From Gemmatimonadota bacterium (GTDB taxonomy: Bacteria > Gemmatimonadota > Gemmatimonadetes > Gemmatimonadales > GWC2-71-9), in contig JAEUJI010000323.1 in assembly GCA_016794805.1 (NCBI GenBank), positions 1 through 50,823 on the forward strand: a DNA stretch of 50,823 bases, given 5' to 3'. The notes beneath the pieces were generated by a model. The model was given only the letters and a program-made list of their open reading frames with translations. It made no database searches and was not told where the DNA came from. The position numbers and the translations under genes are program-made. Positions 30,149 through 39,565 of this stretch are shown piece after piece. The stretch's first letter is position 1; each line of letters begins with the position of its first letter.

Positions 30149-31881
30149 CGGGCTCCGCGCCGGGCGGCGACGTGGCCCAGGAATCCCTCCACCGGCAGGC
30201 TGTTGAGCAGGTCCTCCCGGGTGAGCCAGCCCTTCCGGGCGATGGCCACCCCGTATTCCACGTTGCGGATGCCGGCCAGGTTGTGTGCGTCGGCGCCGAT
30301 CGAGATCCGGAGCCCGGCGGCGCGGGCCTCCCGGAGCAGCCGCCAGTCGAGGTCGAGCCGGTGCGGATCGGCATTGATCTCGATCGCGACGCCGGTGGCC
30401 GCCGCTTTCGCGATCACGGCGTCCATGTCAATGGCATAGGGATCCCGAGACAGCAGCAGCCGGCCGGTCGGGTGCCCGATGATGGCGAGATGCGGATTGT
30501 CCATTGCGCCGAGCATCCGGGCGGTCATCTCCACGCGGCTCAGCCCGAAGCGGCTGTGGATGGAGCCGATGACGAAGTCCAGCCGCGCCAGCAGGGCGTC
30601 CTCGTAGTCGAGCCGGCCGTCCCCCAGGATGTCGGCCTCGATGCCCTTGAGGATCCGGATGCCGAGGCCCCCGGCATTCACCGCGTCGATCTCGTCCATC
30701 TGTCGCAGGAGGTCATCCGGCGAGAGGCCGCCGGCGTAGGCTGCCGCCTGGCTGTGGTCGGTGATGCCGACCCAGTCGTAGCCCTCCGCCCGGCAGGCGC
30801 GCGCCAGCTCCTCGACGGTGTTGGTGCCGTCGGAGGCCCGGGTGTGGCAGTGCAGGAATCCCCTCAGGTCCGCCCGCTCCACCAGCGGGGGAAGGGCTCC
30901 CGCGGCCGCGGCCTCGACCTCCCCCCGCCCCTCCCGGAGTTCGGGGGCGATCGGGGGCAGGCCCAGGGCCCCGTAGAACGACGCCTCGTCCGCGGTGGGG
31001 ACGAAGCTGCTCCCCCGCCAGAGCGCGGCGCCGTCGAGCGTGAAGCCGCGCGATCGGGCATGGGCCGCGAGCGCCGCCAGATGGGCGTCGCTGCCGGTGG
31101 CCTGGGCCAGCACGCCGCCGACATTGCGCGGGGTGGTGACGATCACCTGGGCTTCCGCGCCGCCACTCACCTTGAGCGTCACCCGGCGCTCGTCCTGGCC
31201 GGAGAACTCGTGGACGCCGGGGAGCTGCCCGATCCGGCGGAAAATCTCCTCCGGCCCCACGTCCGCCACCAGCACCACCACGAGTTCCCGCACCACTTCC
31301 ATCCGGCGCCGGACATCCCCCGCGACCACGGCATCCTGCACCCCCGGCAGCGCGGCGAGCGCCGCGCGAAGCGCCTCGGCCTCGTCGGCGGCGTGGTGCG
31401 CCAGCCGGAGGCCGCTCGACTGCCGCAGGAAGGCGATGCCCTTGAGGATGTTCTCCGCGGTTTTCTGCCCGAACCGGGGCAGCCGGGCGAGCCGACCGTC
31501 GCGCGCCGCCGCCTCCAGCTCCGGCAGCGAATCAATGTTCAGCGTCTCATGGATCTGCCGGATCTTGGCGACACCCAGTCCCGAGATCTGCAGCATCTCC
31601 ACCAGCCCCGGCGGCACCTGTTCGCGCAGCTCTTCCAGGAGGGAGGACCGGCCGGTGTTCACCACCTCCTGCACGATCGCGAGCGTGGCCGGGCCGACAC
31701 CCTTGGTGGCGGCGAGCGATCCGTCGGCGATCGCCTCGGCGACCCCACCGCTCAGCGCGCCCACCGCCTTCGCGGCACTCCGGAAGGCGCGCACCCGGAA
31801 CGGATTCTCCCCCTGCAGCTCGAGGAAGGCGGCAATCTGCTCCAGGACCTGCGCGACGCCCTTGCCGTCCGGTGCGGTCAT
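30145..31881 (-). CDS. polX: Family X DNA polymerase / PHP 3'-5' exonuclease (non-canonical, polymerase triad lost)
   Basis: ENPFRVRAF, HhH motifs, PELRE; PHP motifs HCHT, ITDHS, GIEADI, GSIHS, GHPTGR, EIN, GADAH. DxD region reads RELVV. Confidence 0.9.
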   Translation of the reverse strand: MTAPDGKGVAQVLEQIAAFLELQGENPFRVRAFRSAAKAVGALSGGVAEAIADGSLAATKGVGPATLAIVQEVVNTGRSSLLEELREQVPPGLVEMLQISGLGVAKIRQIHETLNIDSLPELEAAARDGRLARLPRFGQKTAENILKGIAFLRQSSGLRLAHHAADEAEALRAALAALPGVQDAVVAGDVRRRMEVVRELVVVLVADVGPEEIFRRIGQLPGVHEFSGQDERRVTLKVSGGAEAQVIVTTPRNVGGVLAQATGSDAHLAALAAHARSRGFTLDGAALWRGSSFVPTADEASFYGALGLPPIAPELREGRGEVEAAAAGALPPLVERADLRGFLHCHTRASDGTNTVEELARACRAEGYDWVGITDHSQAAAYAGGLSPDDLLRQMDEIDAVNAGGLGIRILKGIEADILGDGRLDYEDALLARLDFVIGSIHSRFGLSRVEMTARMLGAMDNPHLAIIGHPTGRLLLSRDPYAIDMDAVIAKAAATGVAIEINADPHRLDLDWRLLREARAAGLRISIGADAHNLAGIRNVEYGVAIARKGWLTREDLLNSLPVEGFLGHVAARRGAR

Positions 31882-32582
31882 GCGGCGCCAACCTCCACCG
31901 GGGTGTGCGGGCGCTGGACCCCGGCGGCGCAGGCGACGGCCCCGCCCGCCACGGGAAGGGTCCGGGCCGCGAGCAGCAGCAGCTCTTCCGCGCTGGTGAT
32001 CGAGTGCAGTCCGGCCTGCACCCCACCGTCGAGGATGGAGGCGAACCACGCCCCGCCATCCTCGCGCAGGGGCGCCTCCGGTGGGTAGCCATCGGCGGCC
32101 ACCACGCTGAAGCCGTCGGCACCAGGATGGAGCCCGAAGACCGCCAGCGCGAACAGCCCTCCCGCCGGCCAGGGGCGCACGAAGATCCCGTCCAGCGGCT
32201 GATGCGGCTCCCCTTCCGCGAGCTCCGCCCAGACCAGCCGCTCGGGAAGCTGGACGTAGTAGCAGGCCGGCGGCGCCGCGCCGGTCGCGGCGGCGGCGCC
32301 GGCAAGGAGGGCGCGAACGCGGTCCGCGGACGGCCGGATCAGCCAGCCGCCCGCCAGCCAGTACAGGAAGGCGTGGTGCAGCAGGGCCACATGCTCGGCC
32401 ACGCCCTCGCCGATCCCCTCCTCCGGCACCAGCTCGCGGAGGTAGGTCACGACCTCGGGGTCGAGCACGAACGCATCGGCATCCCCCGCGTCGCGGCCCG
32501 TCCGGGCCAGCGACTCACGGATCTGCCCGAAGCGCGGCTCGGCGTCACTGCCGAAGGCGAGGTCGTAGGGGGTGCGGCGCAT
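31878..32582 (-). CDS. Hypothetical protein translationally coupled to polX
   Basis: 234 aa ORF with GC3-typical codons; ATGA overlap with polX; no motif recognised. Confidence 0.75.
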   Translation of the reverse strand: MRRTPYDLAFGSDAEPRFGQIRESLARTGRDAGDADAFVLDPEVVTYLRELVPEEGIGEGVAEHVALLHHAFLYWLAGGWLIRPSADRVRALLAGAAAATGAAPPACYYVQLPERLVWAELAEGEPHQPLDGIFVRPWPAGGLFALAVFGLHPGADGFSVVAADGYPPEAPLREDGGAWFASILDGGVQAGLHSITSAEELLLLAARTLPVAGGAVACAAGVQRPHTPVEVGAA

Positions 32583-32594
32583 GAGGGGGGTAAG

Positions 32595-33443
32595 CTATGA
32601 CCGGGGCAGGAAGGCGTCCAATGCCGCGTGGAAGGCGGCCGGCGCCTCCACGTAGGGCACGTGGCCGCACGCGGGGATGACCCGCAACTCCGCCCGGAGG
32701 GCGTCCGCAGTCTCCCGGGCGCTGTCGAGCGGGATGGGATCCTCCGCCCCGTGGAGGACGAGGGCCGGAAGGGTCAGGGCGCGGAGCGCCGGCCGCAGGT
32801 CGAAGTCGGCCAGCGAGGCCCACACCTCGGCGCGGGTGCGTTCGGTAACGCGGAAGGGGGTCAGCGCCATCGCGCGCGCCGGGTCGTGGAAGTAACCCGC
32901 AACCGCCAGCTCGAAGATCCGGGCCGCGTGGGCCGCGGGATCCCGTTCACGCAGGCCACTCTCCCGCAGGAGTCGCCGGGCTTCCTGCAGTTCCGGCGCC
33001 AGGGTACGCGCCTGGAAGCGGCGCTCGAATTCGTCCCGCGCCGCGCGCGACACCGGCGCCGGCGAGACCAGCGCCAGCCGCTCCACCCGGGCCGGGTGCT
33101 CCACGGCGTAGAGCATGGCGAGCAGGCCGCCCCAGGAGTAGCCGGCCAGGGTGAGCCGCTCGAGCCCCCAGTCGGCGCGGAGCGCCTCCAGATCGGCAAC
33201 ATGCTCGCGCCACCCCACCGGGACCGCACGCTCCACCGGCGACCGGCCGCCGCCCCGCTGATCGTAGTAGATCAACTCCCGGCCCTCGGCCAGGGTGTCG
33301 AAGCCCGGGAGCAGGTAGTCGTGGTGGGCCCCCGGCCCGCCGTGGAGCACCACGACCGGCGGGCCCCCGCCAACCCGGCGTTCGAAGAGGGCGACGCCGT
33401 TCACCGCCCGGGTCGTGGTGGCCACCGCGGCGGCGGCGCTCAC
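32595..33443 (-). CDS. Alpha/beta hydrolase (proline iminopeptidase-like)
   Basis: LHGGPG, YDQRGGGRS, nucleophile GYSWGG, HGAEDPIP, CGHVP. Confidence 0.9.
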   Translation of the reverse strand: MSAAAAVATTTRAVNGVALFERRVGGGPPVVVLHGGPGAHHDYLLPGFDTLAEGRELIYYDQRGGGRSPVERAVPVGWREHVADLEALRADWGLERLTLAGYSWGGLLAMLYAVEHPARVERLALVSPAPVSRAARDEFERRFQARTLAPELQEARRLLRESGLRERDPAAHAARIFELAVAGYFHDPARAMALTPFRVTERTRAEVWASLADFDLRPALRALTLPALVLHGAEDPIPLDSARETADALRAELRVIPACGHVPYVEAPAAFHAALDAFLPRS

Positions 33444-33898
33444 AGCAGGACCGCCAGGCCATCGGCGACGGCCCGGACCGCTGCTTCCTCGGCGGGGGTG
33501 AAGGGATCGGGGACGTCGCTGTCCACGTCGATCTGGCCCAGGATGGTCTCGCCCCGGCGGATCAGCACCACCAGCTCGGAGCGGGTGAAGGTATTGCAGG
33601 CGATGTAATTCCCGATGGCGCGGACGTCGCCGACGTTCTGGTCGGTCGCGGTGGCCACGGCGGTGCCGCAGACGCCCTTGCCTACCGGGATGCGGGTGTG
33701 CTCCGTCTCCCGCCCACTCCAGGCCTCCAGCAGCAGGTCCTCGCCGTGGAGCATGTAGAGGTACACGGAGGTGTACGGGGCCCCGGCGGCGCGGATCCGG
33801 TCCGCGGCGTACTGCAGCAGCGCCTGCCGGCCGGCGTCACGGCAGAAGAGGCCCCGCAGCCCGGCGACGATGGGCTGCGGGTCCAGCACGGCGGCCAT
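33440..33898 (-). CDS. GAF-domain protein, free methionine-R-sulfoxide reductase (fRMsr/MsrC)-like
   Basis: RIPVGKGVCGTA, NYIAC, RSELVV, GQIDVDS. Confidence 0.8.
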   Translation of the reverse strand: MAAVLDPQPIVAGLRGLFCRDAGRQALLQYAADRIRAAGAPYTSVYLYMLHGEDLLLEAWSGRETEHTRIPVGKGVCGTAVATATDQNVGDVRAIGNYIACNTFTRSELVVLIRRGETILGQIDVDSDVPDPFTPAEEAAVRAVADGLAVLL

Positions 33899-35169
33899 CA
33901 GCCGCCCCGGGTGCCGAGGGTGACGCTGACCCGCTGCTCGGCGCCGTCGCGCAGGAAGCGCAGCTCGACGACATCGCCCGGCTTGTGCTGACGGAGGGCG
34001 CCGGTGAGCGCCTGCAGATCGGAGACGACGGTCTCGCCCAGGCGGGTGATGATGTCGTTGCCGCGGAGCCCGGCCTTTTCCGCGGGGCTGCCGGCGCGGA
34101 CGCCGGTCAGCCGCACCCCGCCGGGATTCTCCGACATGTCGGGGACGGTGCCGAGGTAGGCGCCGTATCCGGGAGCGGGAGCGCCGGTGGCGGCCTGCGG
34201 GGGCGGCACGTTGACGAAGGTGAGCGGCGCGCGGCGATCGGCGAGGGCCCGGACGATCTCGGCGGTGAAGTCCGCCACCTGGGCGAGGCCATCGGCGTTG
34301 ATCTTCTCCCAATCGTCGGTGGTGCGGTGGTAGTCCTCGTGCAGGTCGGTGAAGAGGTGCAGCACGGGCTTGCCGGCGCCGTAGAACGAGGACTGGTCGC
34401 TCCGGCCCCAGCCATCCCCGGAGCCACGGAGGTCGAACCGGGCCAGGGTGTTGAGCGAATCGAGCAGGGCAGGGAACTCCTGCGCCGTCGCGGTGCCGTA
34501 CACCAGCAGGCGATTGTCCCGCAGCCGGCCCACCATGTCCATGTTGACCATCGCGTAGGTCCGGGCCAGGGAGAAGAGCGGGTTCTTGACGTAGTAGTCG
34601 GAGCCGAGCAGCCCCTCCTCCTCCCCGCTGAAGGCCAGGAACACCACGGTCCGCGCCGGTGGCGCCGAGGCGAGCTTGCGCGCAATGTGAATCAGGGCGC
34701 TGGTGCCGGAGGCATTGTCGTCCGCGCCGTTGTGGACGCGGCCGGCGCTGTCGGGGTCCAGCGCGCCGAAGGTACCCGGGCCCAGGTGATCGTAGTGGGC
34801 ACCGACCACGACGATTTCATTGCGGAGCGCCGGATCCCGGCCGGGGAGCACCCCGACCACGTTTTTCCCCACCGCGCCACCGATGCCGGTGTGCGCCGCA
34901 GCCGGGGCGTCGGGCGCCACGGTGAACGGCTGGAACCAGCCCGACGGCGAGGGCCGGAGGCCCGCCTGCCGGAAGCGGCGGGCCAGGTACTCGGCGGCGC
35001 TGTCGGCGCCACTCGCCCCGATCAGGCGGCCACCGAGCCGATCGTCTGACAGGTACCGGACGTCATTGAGCAGGGCGACAGCGTCCGCCGTCGATTGGGC
35101 GGCAGCGGGAAGGGCAAGACACACGGCCCCCAGGACGAGGAGGGGGGCGGCTCGAAGGCGGGTGGTCAT
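33898..35169 (-). CDS. Secreted M28-family metallopeptidase with C-terminal PDZ domain
   Basis: GAHYDHLG, NGADDNASG, FSGEEEGLLGS, DYHRTTD; PDZ YLGTVPD...GSPAEKAGL. Confidence 0.92.
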   Translation of the reverse strand: MTTRLRAAPLLVLGAVCLALPAAAQSTADAVALLNDVRYLSDDRLGGRLIGASGADSAAEYLARRFRQAGLRPSPSGWFQPFTVAPDAPAAAHTGIGGAVGKNVVGVLPGRDPALRNEIVVVGAHYDHLGPGTFGALDPDSAGRVHNGADDNASGTSALIHIARKLASAPPARTVVFLAFSGEEEGLLGSDYYVKNPLFSLARTYAMVNMDMVGRLRDNRLLVYGTATAQEFPALLDSLNTLARFDLRGSGDGWGRSDQSSFYGAGKPVLHLFTDLHEDYHRTTDDWEKINADGLAQVADFTAEIVRALADRRAPLTFVNVPPPQAATGAPAPGYGAYLGTVPDMSENPGGVRLTGVRAGSPAEKAGLRGNDIITRLGETVVSDLQALTGALRQHKPGDVVELRFLRDGAEQRVSVTLGTRGG

Positions 35170-35294
35170 GGGCACAAAGCTAGCAATGCACCCGGAGCGG
35201 ATGAAGGCGGATCGCCCTGCGCCGGCTCCGGCCTGCCTAAACCATTGCAGCACTTGAGACTAGGGCTTAAGTTGCGACCGAGATCACCTATATC

Positions 35295-36833
35295 ATGACC
35301 ACTCCGGCCGGCATCCTCTCCGACTTGGCGAATGTCCTCCTCCTGCTCCGGGACCAGCCGGACCGCAAGGAGGAGCAGAAACAGGCATTCCGGCGTTTCG
35401 TCGCGAACCTTCCACAAGGGGACCACTCCCTCAAGGTGACCGAGGGCGGGTTCAAGTGGGACCAGGTGGAGGTGCCGGTGGGGCGGGGTGAGGTGGCTGC
35501 GCTACAGGAGCAGTTCCGGGCCCACGGTGTGGGCGAGGTCCGGCTCCCCTCCGGCCTCATGACTTCCACCCTGCTGTCCCTCGTCCGGATGCTGGCGGCG
35601 CCCAAGGGAACCTACGGCTCCTTCGACCACCTGACCGCCCGGCTGGATTCGGCGGGCTGCGGGGTCATCCCGGTGCTGCCGTTGCCCGAGTCCCTGCGCC
35701 TCCCCGCGGACCGGAAGTCCGGAACCGAACCGTCGGGGCGGCCCTCCGCCAAGGTGGATGACGAGGGGCACATCAGCGCCATCGGGCCCGACGCGCTGAC
35801 CGAGGCGAAGGTCGGGATGATGCACTTCGCCACCCTGCAGACCCACGCGATCAGCCCGACCGATGAGCTGGTGAACCGTCTGTCGCACGCCGACAGCCAG
35901 ACCTCGCGCAACGACTTGCTCAACCAGCTCATCGCCACCGGCGAGTACGCCTGGCGGCAGAAGGAGTGGCGGGAGCTGCTCAAGGCGGCGTACGGGCTGG
36001 TGAGCCTCGAGGCCCGGGAGCAGCGATCGGACGGGGAGGGGCGGGGGTACGGGATCGCCCTCCGCCGGATGCTGCCGCGCTCGGCGCTGGAGCAGCTGGT
36101 GCGGCTCACGGCCCACGGGGACATGAAGACGGAGGCCATCGCCGTCCTGCGCCGCATGGGGGTGGACGGCACCGAGGTCCTGCTCAACGCGCTGGTCAAC
36201 GCCGAGGAAGTCGGGCAGCGGCGGGCCTACTTCAACGCGTTGAAGGAGATGAGCGAGGGGGGCGAGCTGCTGGTGCACATGCTCAGCCACGACCAGTGGT
36301 TCGTGGTCCGAAACGTCGCCGACCTGTGCGGCGAGCTCCGGCTGGAGAGCGCGGTGCACGGGCTGGCCAAGCAGGTCGCGCACGATGATGAGCGGGTGCG
36401 GCGCGCGGTGGCGGGGGCGCTGGGGCGGATCGGGGGACCCGGGTCGGTGGAGCCGTTGCGCCGGGCGCTGCGGGATGCGACGCCCGGGGTCCGGCTGCAG
36501 GCGGCCAAGGACCTGGATGGGCGGCGCAATCGCAGCCTGGCGATGACCATCGCGGTGGCCGCAGAGGAGGAGGCCAAGGCCGACGTGCAGCGGGAGATGT
36601 ACCTCGCGCTGGGGCGGATCGCCTCCACCGACGCGATCCAGGCGCTGCGCAAGGCCGCCGAACCGGGAGGCCGGCTGTTCCGGCGGAAGCCGCAGAGCGT
36701 GCGGCTGGCGGCGGTCGCGGGACTGCATGTCGCGGGGCCGTCGGCCGCCAATGCGCTCAAGGAGATGCTGCAGGACGAGGACCGCGAGGTGCGCGCCGCG
36801 GTGGAGAAGGCGCTCCAGACCCTCTGGGAATAG
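35295..36833 (+). CDS. HEAT/PBS-repeat protein
   Basis: Repeats WFVVRNVADLCGEL, ERVRRAVAGALGRIG, VQREMYLALGRI, EDREVRAAV. Confidence 0.85.
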   Translation: MTTPAGILSDLANVLLLLRDQPDRKEEQKQAFRRFVANLPQGDHSLKVTEGGFKWDQVEVPVGRGEVAALQEQFRAHGVGEVRLPSGLMTSTLLSLVRMLAAPKGTYGSFDHLTARLDSAGCGVIPVLPLPESLRLPADRKSGTEPSGRPSAKVDDEGHISAIGPDALTEAKVGMMHFATLQTHAISPTDELVNRLSHADSQTSRNDLLNQLIATGEYAWRQKEWRELLKAAYGLVSLEAREQRSDGEGRGYGIALRRMLPRSALEQLVRLTAHGDMKTEAIAVLRRMGVDGTEVLLNALVNAEEVGQRRAYFNALKEMSEGGELLVHMLSHDQWFVVRNVADLCGELRLESAVHGLAKQVAHDDERVRRAVAGALGRIGGPGSVEPLRRALRDATPGVRLQAAKDLDGRRNRSLAMTIAVAAEEEAKADVQREMYLALGRIASTDAIQALRKAAEPGGRLFRRKPQSVRLAAVAGLHVAGPSAANALKEMLQDEDREVRAAVEKALQTLWE

Positions 36834-36835
36834 GC

Positions 36836-37903
36836 CTACCGCGGCACGAAATCCGTCTGCGCCGTGACTCGCCGGGCAAACCCCGCCAGCAGCCGCGCCG
36901 TCCGGTCCAGGTCTTCCAGCGCCACCATCTCGTTCGGGCTGTGCATGTAGCGGAGCGGCACCGACACCAGCGCCGTCGCGACGCCCTTGAGCGCGGTGAA
37001 GACGTTGTCGGCGTCGGTGCTGGTATCCCGCGGGGCCGCCTCGATGGTGTAGGGAATCCGCTCCGCCTCCGCCGTGGCCACCAGCAGGTCGAACACCACC
37101 GGATTGATGGCCGCCCCCCGGGTCAGCGCGGGGCCGCTCCCCAGCCGGTAGTCACCGTGTTTCCGCTTCTCCAGACCGGGATAGTCGGTGGCGTGGGTGA
37201 CGTCCACCACGATGGCCACGTCGGCGGCGAGGCCGGTGGCGCCGGCCCGCGCCCCGCCGCCGGTGGTGCTGATCTCCTCCCGGGTCGTGGCGGCCGCGGT
37301 GACCCGCGCCGCCGGCGGGTCCTGCGCCAGCAGCCGCAGGGCCTCGAGCACCACGAAGGCGCCGACCCGGTTGTCCAGCGACCGGCTGACCAGCCGGCCG
37401 TTGGGGAATTCGAGCACCGCGGAGGCGAGGACACCGGGGTCGCCGATGCGCACCCGGGCCGAGGCCTCCGCCCGGGTGGCCGCGCCGATGTCAATCCACA
37501 GGTCGCCGGCCTTCGAGACCTTGTCCCGGTCTTCCTTCTCCATCAGGTGGATCGCCTTCTTGCCGATGACGCCGCTCACCGTCCCGCCGTGGCCGAGGAG
37601 CTGTACCCGCTGGCCCACGAAGACCTGGTGATCCCAGCCGCCGATGGTATCGAAGCTGAGGTAGCCGTCGTCGTCGATGTAGGTGACCATCACCCCGATC
37701 TCGTCGATGTGGCCGGCCAGCATGACGCGCGGGGCGGCGGCGGGATTGAGCGTTGCGAAGGAGTTGCCGCTCACATCGGCGGTGACCTCCGCCGCGAAAC
37801 CGCCGGCCTGCGCGCGCCAGGCGCGCGCCGGCAGGGTCTCATAGGAGGAGGGGCCCGGGGTGTCGAGCAGGGTCTTGAGGAATTCGAGCGAACGACTGTC
37901 CAT
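36836..37903 (-). CDS. M42-family (TET-like) aminopeptidase
   Basis: AGHIDEIG, SLDNR, TREEI, VDVTHA, YMHSPNE. True start MDSRSLEFL; TGGACA-16-CAGATT promoter-like upstream. Confidence 0.93.
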   Translation of the reverse strand: MDSRSLEFLKTLLDTPGPSSYETLPARAWRAQAGGFAAEVTADVSGNSFATLNPAAAPRVMLAGHIDEIGVMVTYIDDDGYLSFDTIGGWDHQVFVGQRVQLLGHGGTVSGVIGKKAIHLMEKEDRDKVSKAGDLWIDIGAATRAEASARVRIGDPGVLASAVLEFPNGRLVSRSLDNRVGAFVVLEALRLLAQDPPAARVTAAATTREEISTTGGGARAGATGLAADVAIVVDVTHATDYPGLEKRKHGDYRLGSGPALTRGAAINPVVFDLLVATAEAERIPYTIEAAPRDTSTDADNVFTALKGVATALVSVPLRYMHSPNEMVALEDLDRTARLLAGFARRVTAQTDFVPR

Positions 37904-38062
37904 GTCTGATCGGGCCGGTGGCTGGGGGTCCGGGAATCTGCCCCGCGCGGGCCGGTTGTCCAGCGGCGGGGGGGTGACCGGGATCACGCTGCCAGGGGGG
38001 CTGGCGTCGTTGAAGAAAAGTGGGTCGGGAGCCGATACTGGTGGCATTCCCCAATCAGCGAG

Positions 38063-39553
38063 TTGAGAGTGCGCCGTATTGTTCCAATCTGGGTCACAAC
38101 GCTTGTCATTACCGCTGCCTGCAGTGCTCCCGCCAAGTCGGGTGGGCTCGACCCCCAACCGGCGCTGGAAGAAGTTCTGATCAACCCCACAACGGTGAGC
38201 ATCGCCGTCGGCGATTCCATCGCCTTCGATGCCATTGGGCGGTACTCCGATGGCTCCACGGCCGACGTCGGTGTGAGTTGGGCCTCGACCGGTGGCACGG
38301 TCTCGGCCGGGGGGGTGTACCGGGCGGGCAGCGCGCCAGGCACCTACCTGCTGATTGCGGTGACCCCGGACTTCCAGCATGCGGATACGGCGGTCATCAC
38401 GATCACGGACCCGAGTGGCCCTCCCTCGCTGACGGGGCTGAGCCTGCAGCCGACCAGCGCGACGGTGAACCCGGGGGCCGCCGCTTCCTTCACCGCGACC
38501 GGGAGCTACAGCGACGGCTCCTCTACCCCGATTGCCGCCACCTGGAGTGCCACCGGTGGAACTGTGAACGCCAACGGGACCTACCAGGCCGGCAATGCCC
38601 CGGGCAGCTTCCGCGTGATCGCGATCACGCAGGGGGTAGGCGACACCGCCCAGGTCACTATCCGGGACACGACCACGCCCCCGCCTCCCCCGCCGCCGCC
38701 CCCGCCTCCGGGGGGCACCATCCTGCTGACCGAAGGGTTCGATGACGCGCAGGTCGGCGCCCGTGGGTGGTATGACAATACCAGCCCTGCAATCTCGGCC
38801 ACCGAGCAGCGGGCAGGGGCAGGTGCGCTCCAGATGGCCTTCAACGCGGGGGCGACCTCGCCGGTCAAGGGCGGTGCCTTGCGCCACAAGTTCACGCCAA
38901 CCGACCGCGTCTTCCTGCGCTACTGGGTCAAGTACAGCGCCAACTTTGTGGGATCCGGGACCACCTACCATCCGCACGAGCTTCACTTCCTGACTAACGT
39001 GGACACCGACTGGATTGGCCCCTCGGCTACCCACCTGACGTTGTACGTCGAGCACACATGGCAGGCTGCGGGCGGGGTCCCGCGACTGAACATGGGCGAT
39101 GCGCTCAATATTGACGCGACCAAGGTGGGTCAGGACCTCTCGGCCGTTACCGAGAACCGGGCCGCTGCGGGATGCAATGGGAACACGGATGGGTATCCGA
39201 CGAGCTGCTATCAATCTGGCGCGCAATGGCGTAACGGCAAGCAGTGGGATGCAGCGGGGCCGTCCTTCACCAACGCTGCAGGCGCCGGCTACAAGAACGA
39301 CTGGCACATGGTGGAGGTGTACTACCAGCTGAACAGCGTTCAGGGTGGCAAGGGTGTGGCCGATGGGATTGCCCAGTACTGGTTTGACGGGCAACTGAAG
39401 GTCGATCTCCAGAATGTGCTGTTCCGCACCGGGGCGAACGCCTCGATGCAGCTGTCCCAGTTCTTGATTGCTCCTTACATCGGCGTCGGCTCCCCCGTGG
39501 CCCAGACCATGTGGGTGGATGACATCACCCTCGCCACCGGGCGCGTCCCCTGA
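38063..39553 (+). CDS. Lipoprotein with two Ig-like (Big) repeats, poly-Pro linker and C-terminal beta-jelly-roll (polysaccharide lyase/lectin-like) domain
   Basis: Lipobox-like TAAC; repeats GRYSDGS..VSWASTGGTV..GVYRAG / GSYSDGS..TWSATGGTV..GTYQAG; 11 consecutive Pro; WHMVEVYYQLN..DGIAQYWFDG..WVDD. Start TTG 38063 or GTG 38069. Confidence 0.75.
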   Translation: MRVRRIVPIWVTTLVITAACSAPAKSGGLDPQPALEEVLINPTTVSIAVGDSIAFDAIGRYSDGSTADVGVSWASTGGTVSAGGVYRAGSAPGTYLLIAVTPDFQHADTAVITITDPSGPPSLTGLSLQPTSATVNPGAAASFTATGSYSDGSSTPIAATWSATGGTVNANGTYQAGNAPGSFRVIAITQGVGDTAQVTIRDTTTPPPPPPPPPPPGGTILLTEGFDDAQVGARGWYDNTSPAISATEQRAGAGALQMAFNAGATSPVKGGALRHKFTPTDRVFLRYWVKYSANFVGSGTTYHPHELHFLTNVDTDWIGPSATHLTLYVEHTWQAAGGVPRLNMGDALNIDATKVGQDLSAVTENRAAAGCNGNTDGYPTSCYQSGAQWRNGKQWDAAGPSFTNAAGAGYKNDWHMVEVYYQLNSVQGGKGVADGIAQYWFDGQLKVDLQNVLFRTGANASMQLSQFLIAPYIGVGSPVAQTMWVDDITLATGRVP

Positions 39554-39565
39554 ACCGGCGCCGGC

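Noticed and set aside
35170-35185. GGCAC-N5-TAGCA sigma54-like promoter toward the HEAT gene
   Set aside because: The same bases form the minus-strand TAGCTT -10 at leaderless spacing for the M28 gene, which is the simpler explanation; not fully excluded.
35225-35250. CTCCGGCC..CCTAAACCATTGCA resembling part of the c-di-GMP-I riboswitch as I recall it
   Set aside because: No upstream GCAAACC/GNRA-tetraloop P2 stem or P1 pairing; better explained as an IHF-like patch or chance.
37904-39394. 497-codon N-terminal extension of the M42 ORF (852 aa in the track)
   Set aside because: Antisense shadow of the 38063-39553 lipoprotein gene; the M42 family sequence starts at 37903 with its own promoter-like element.
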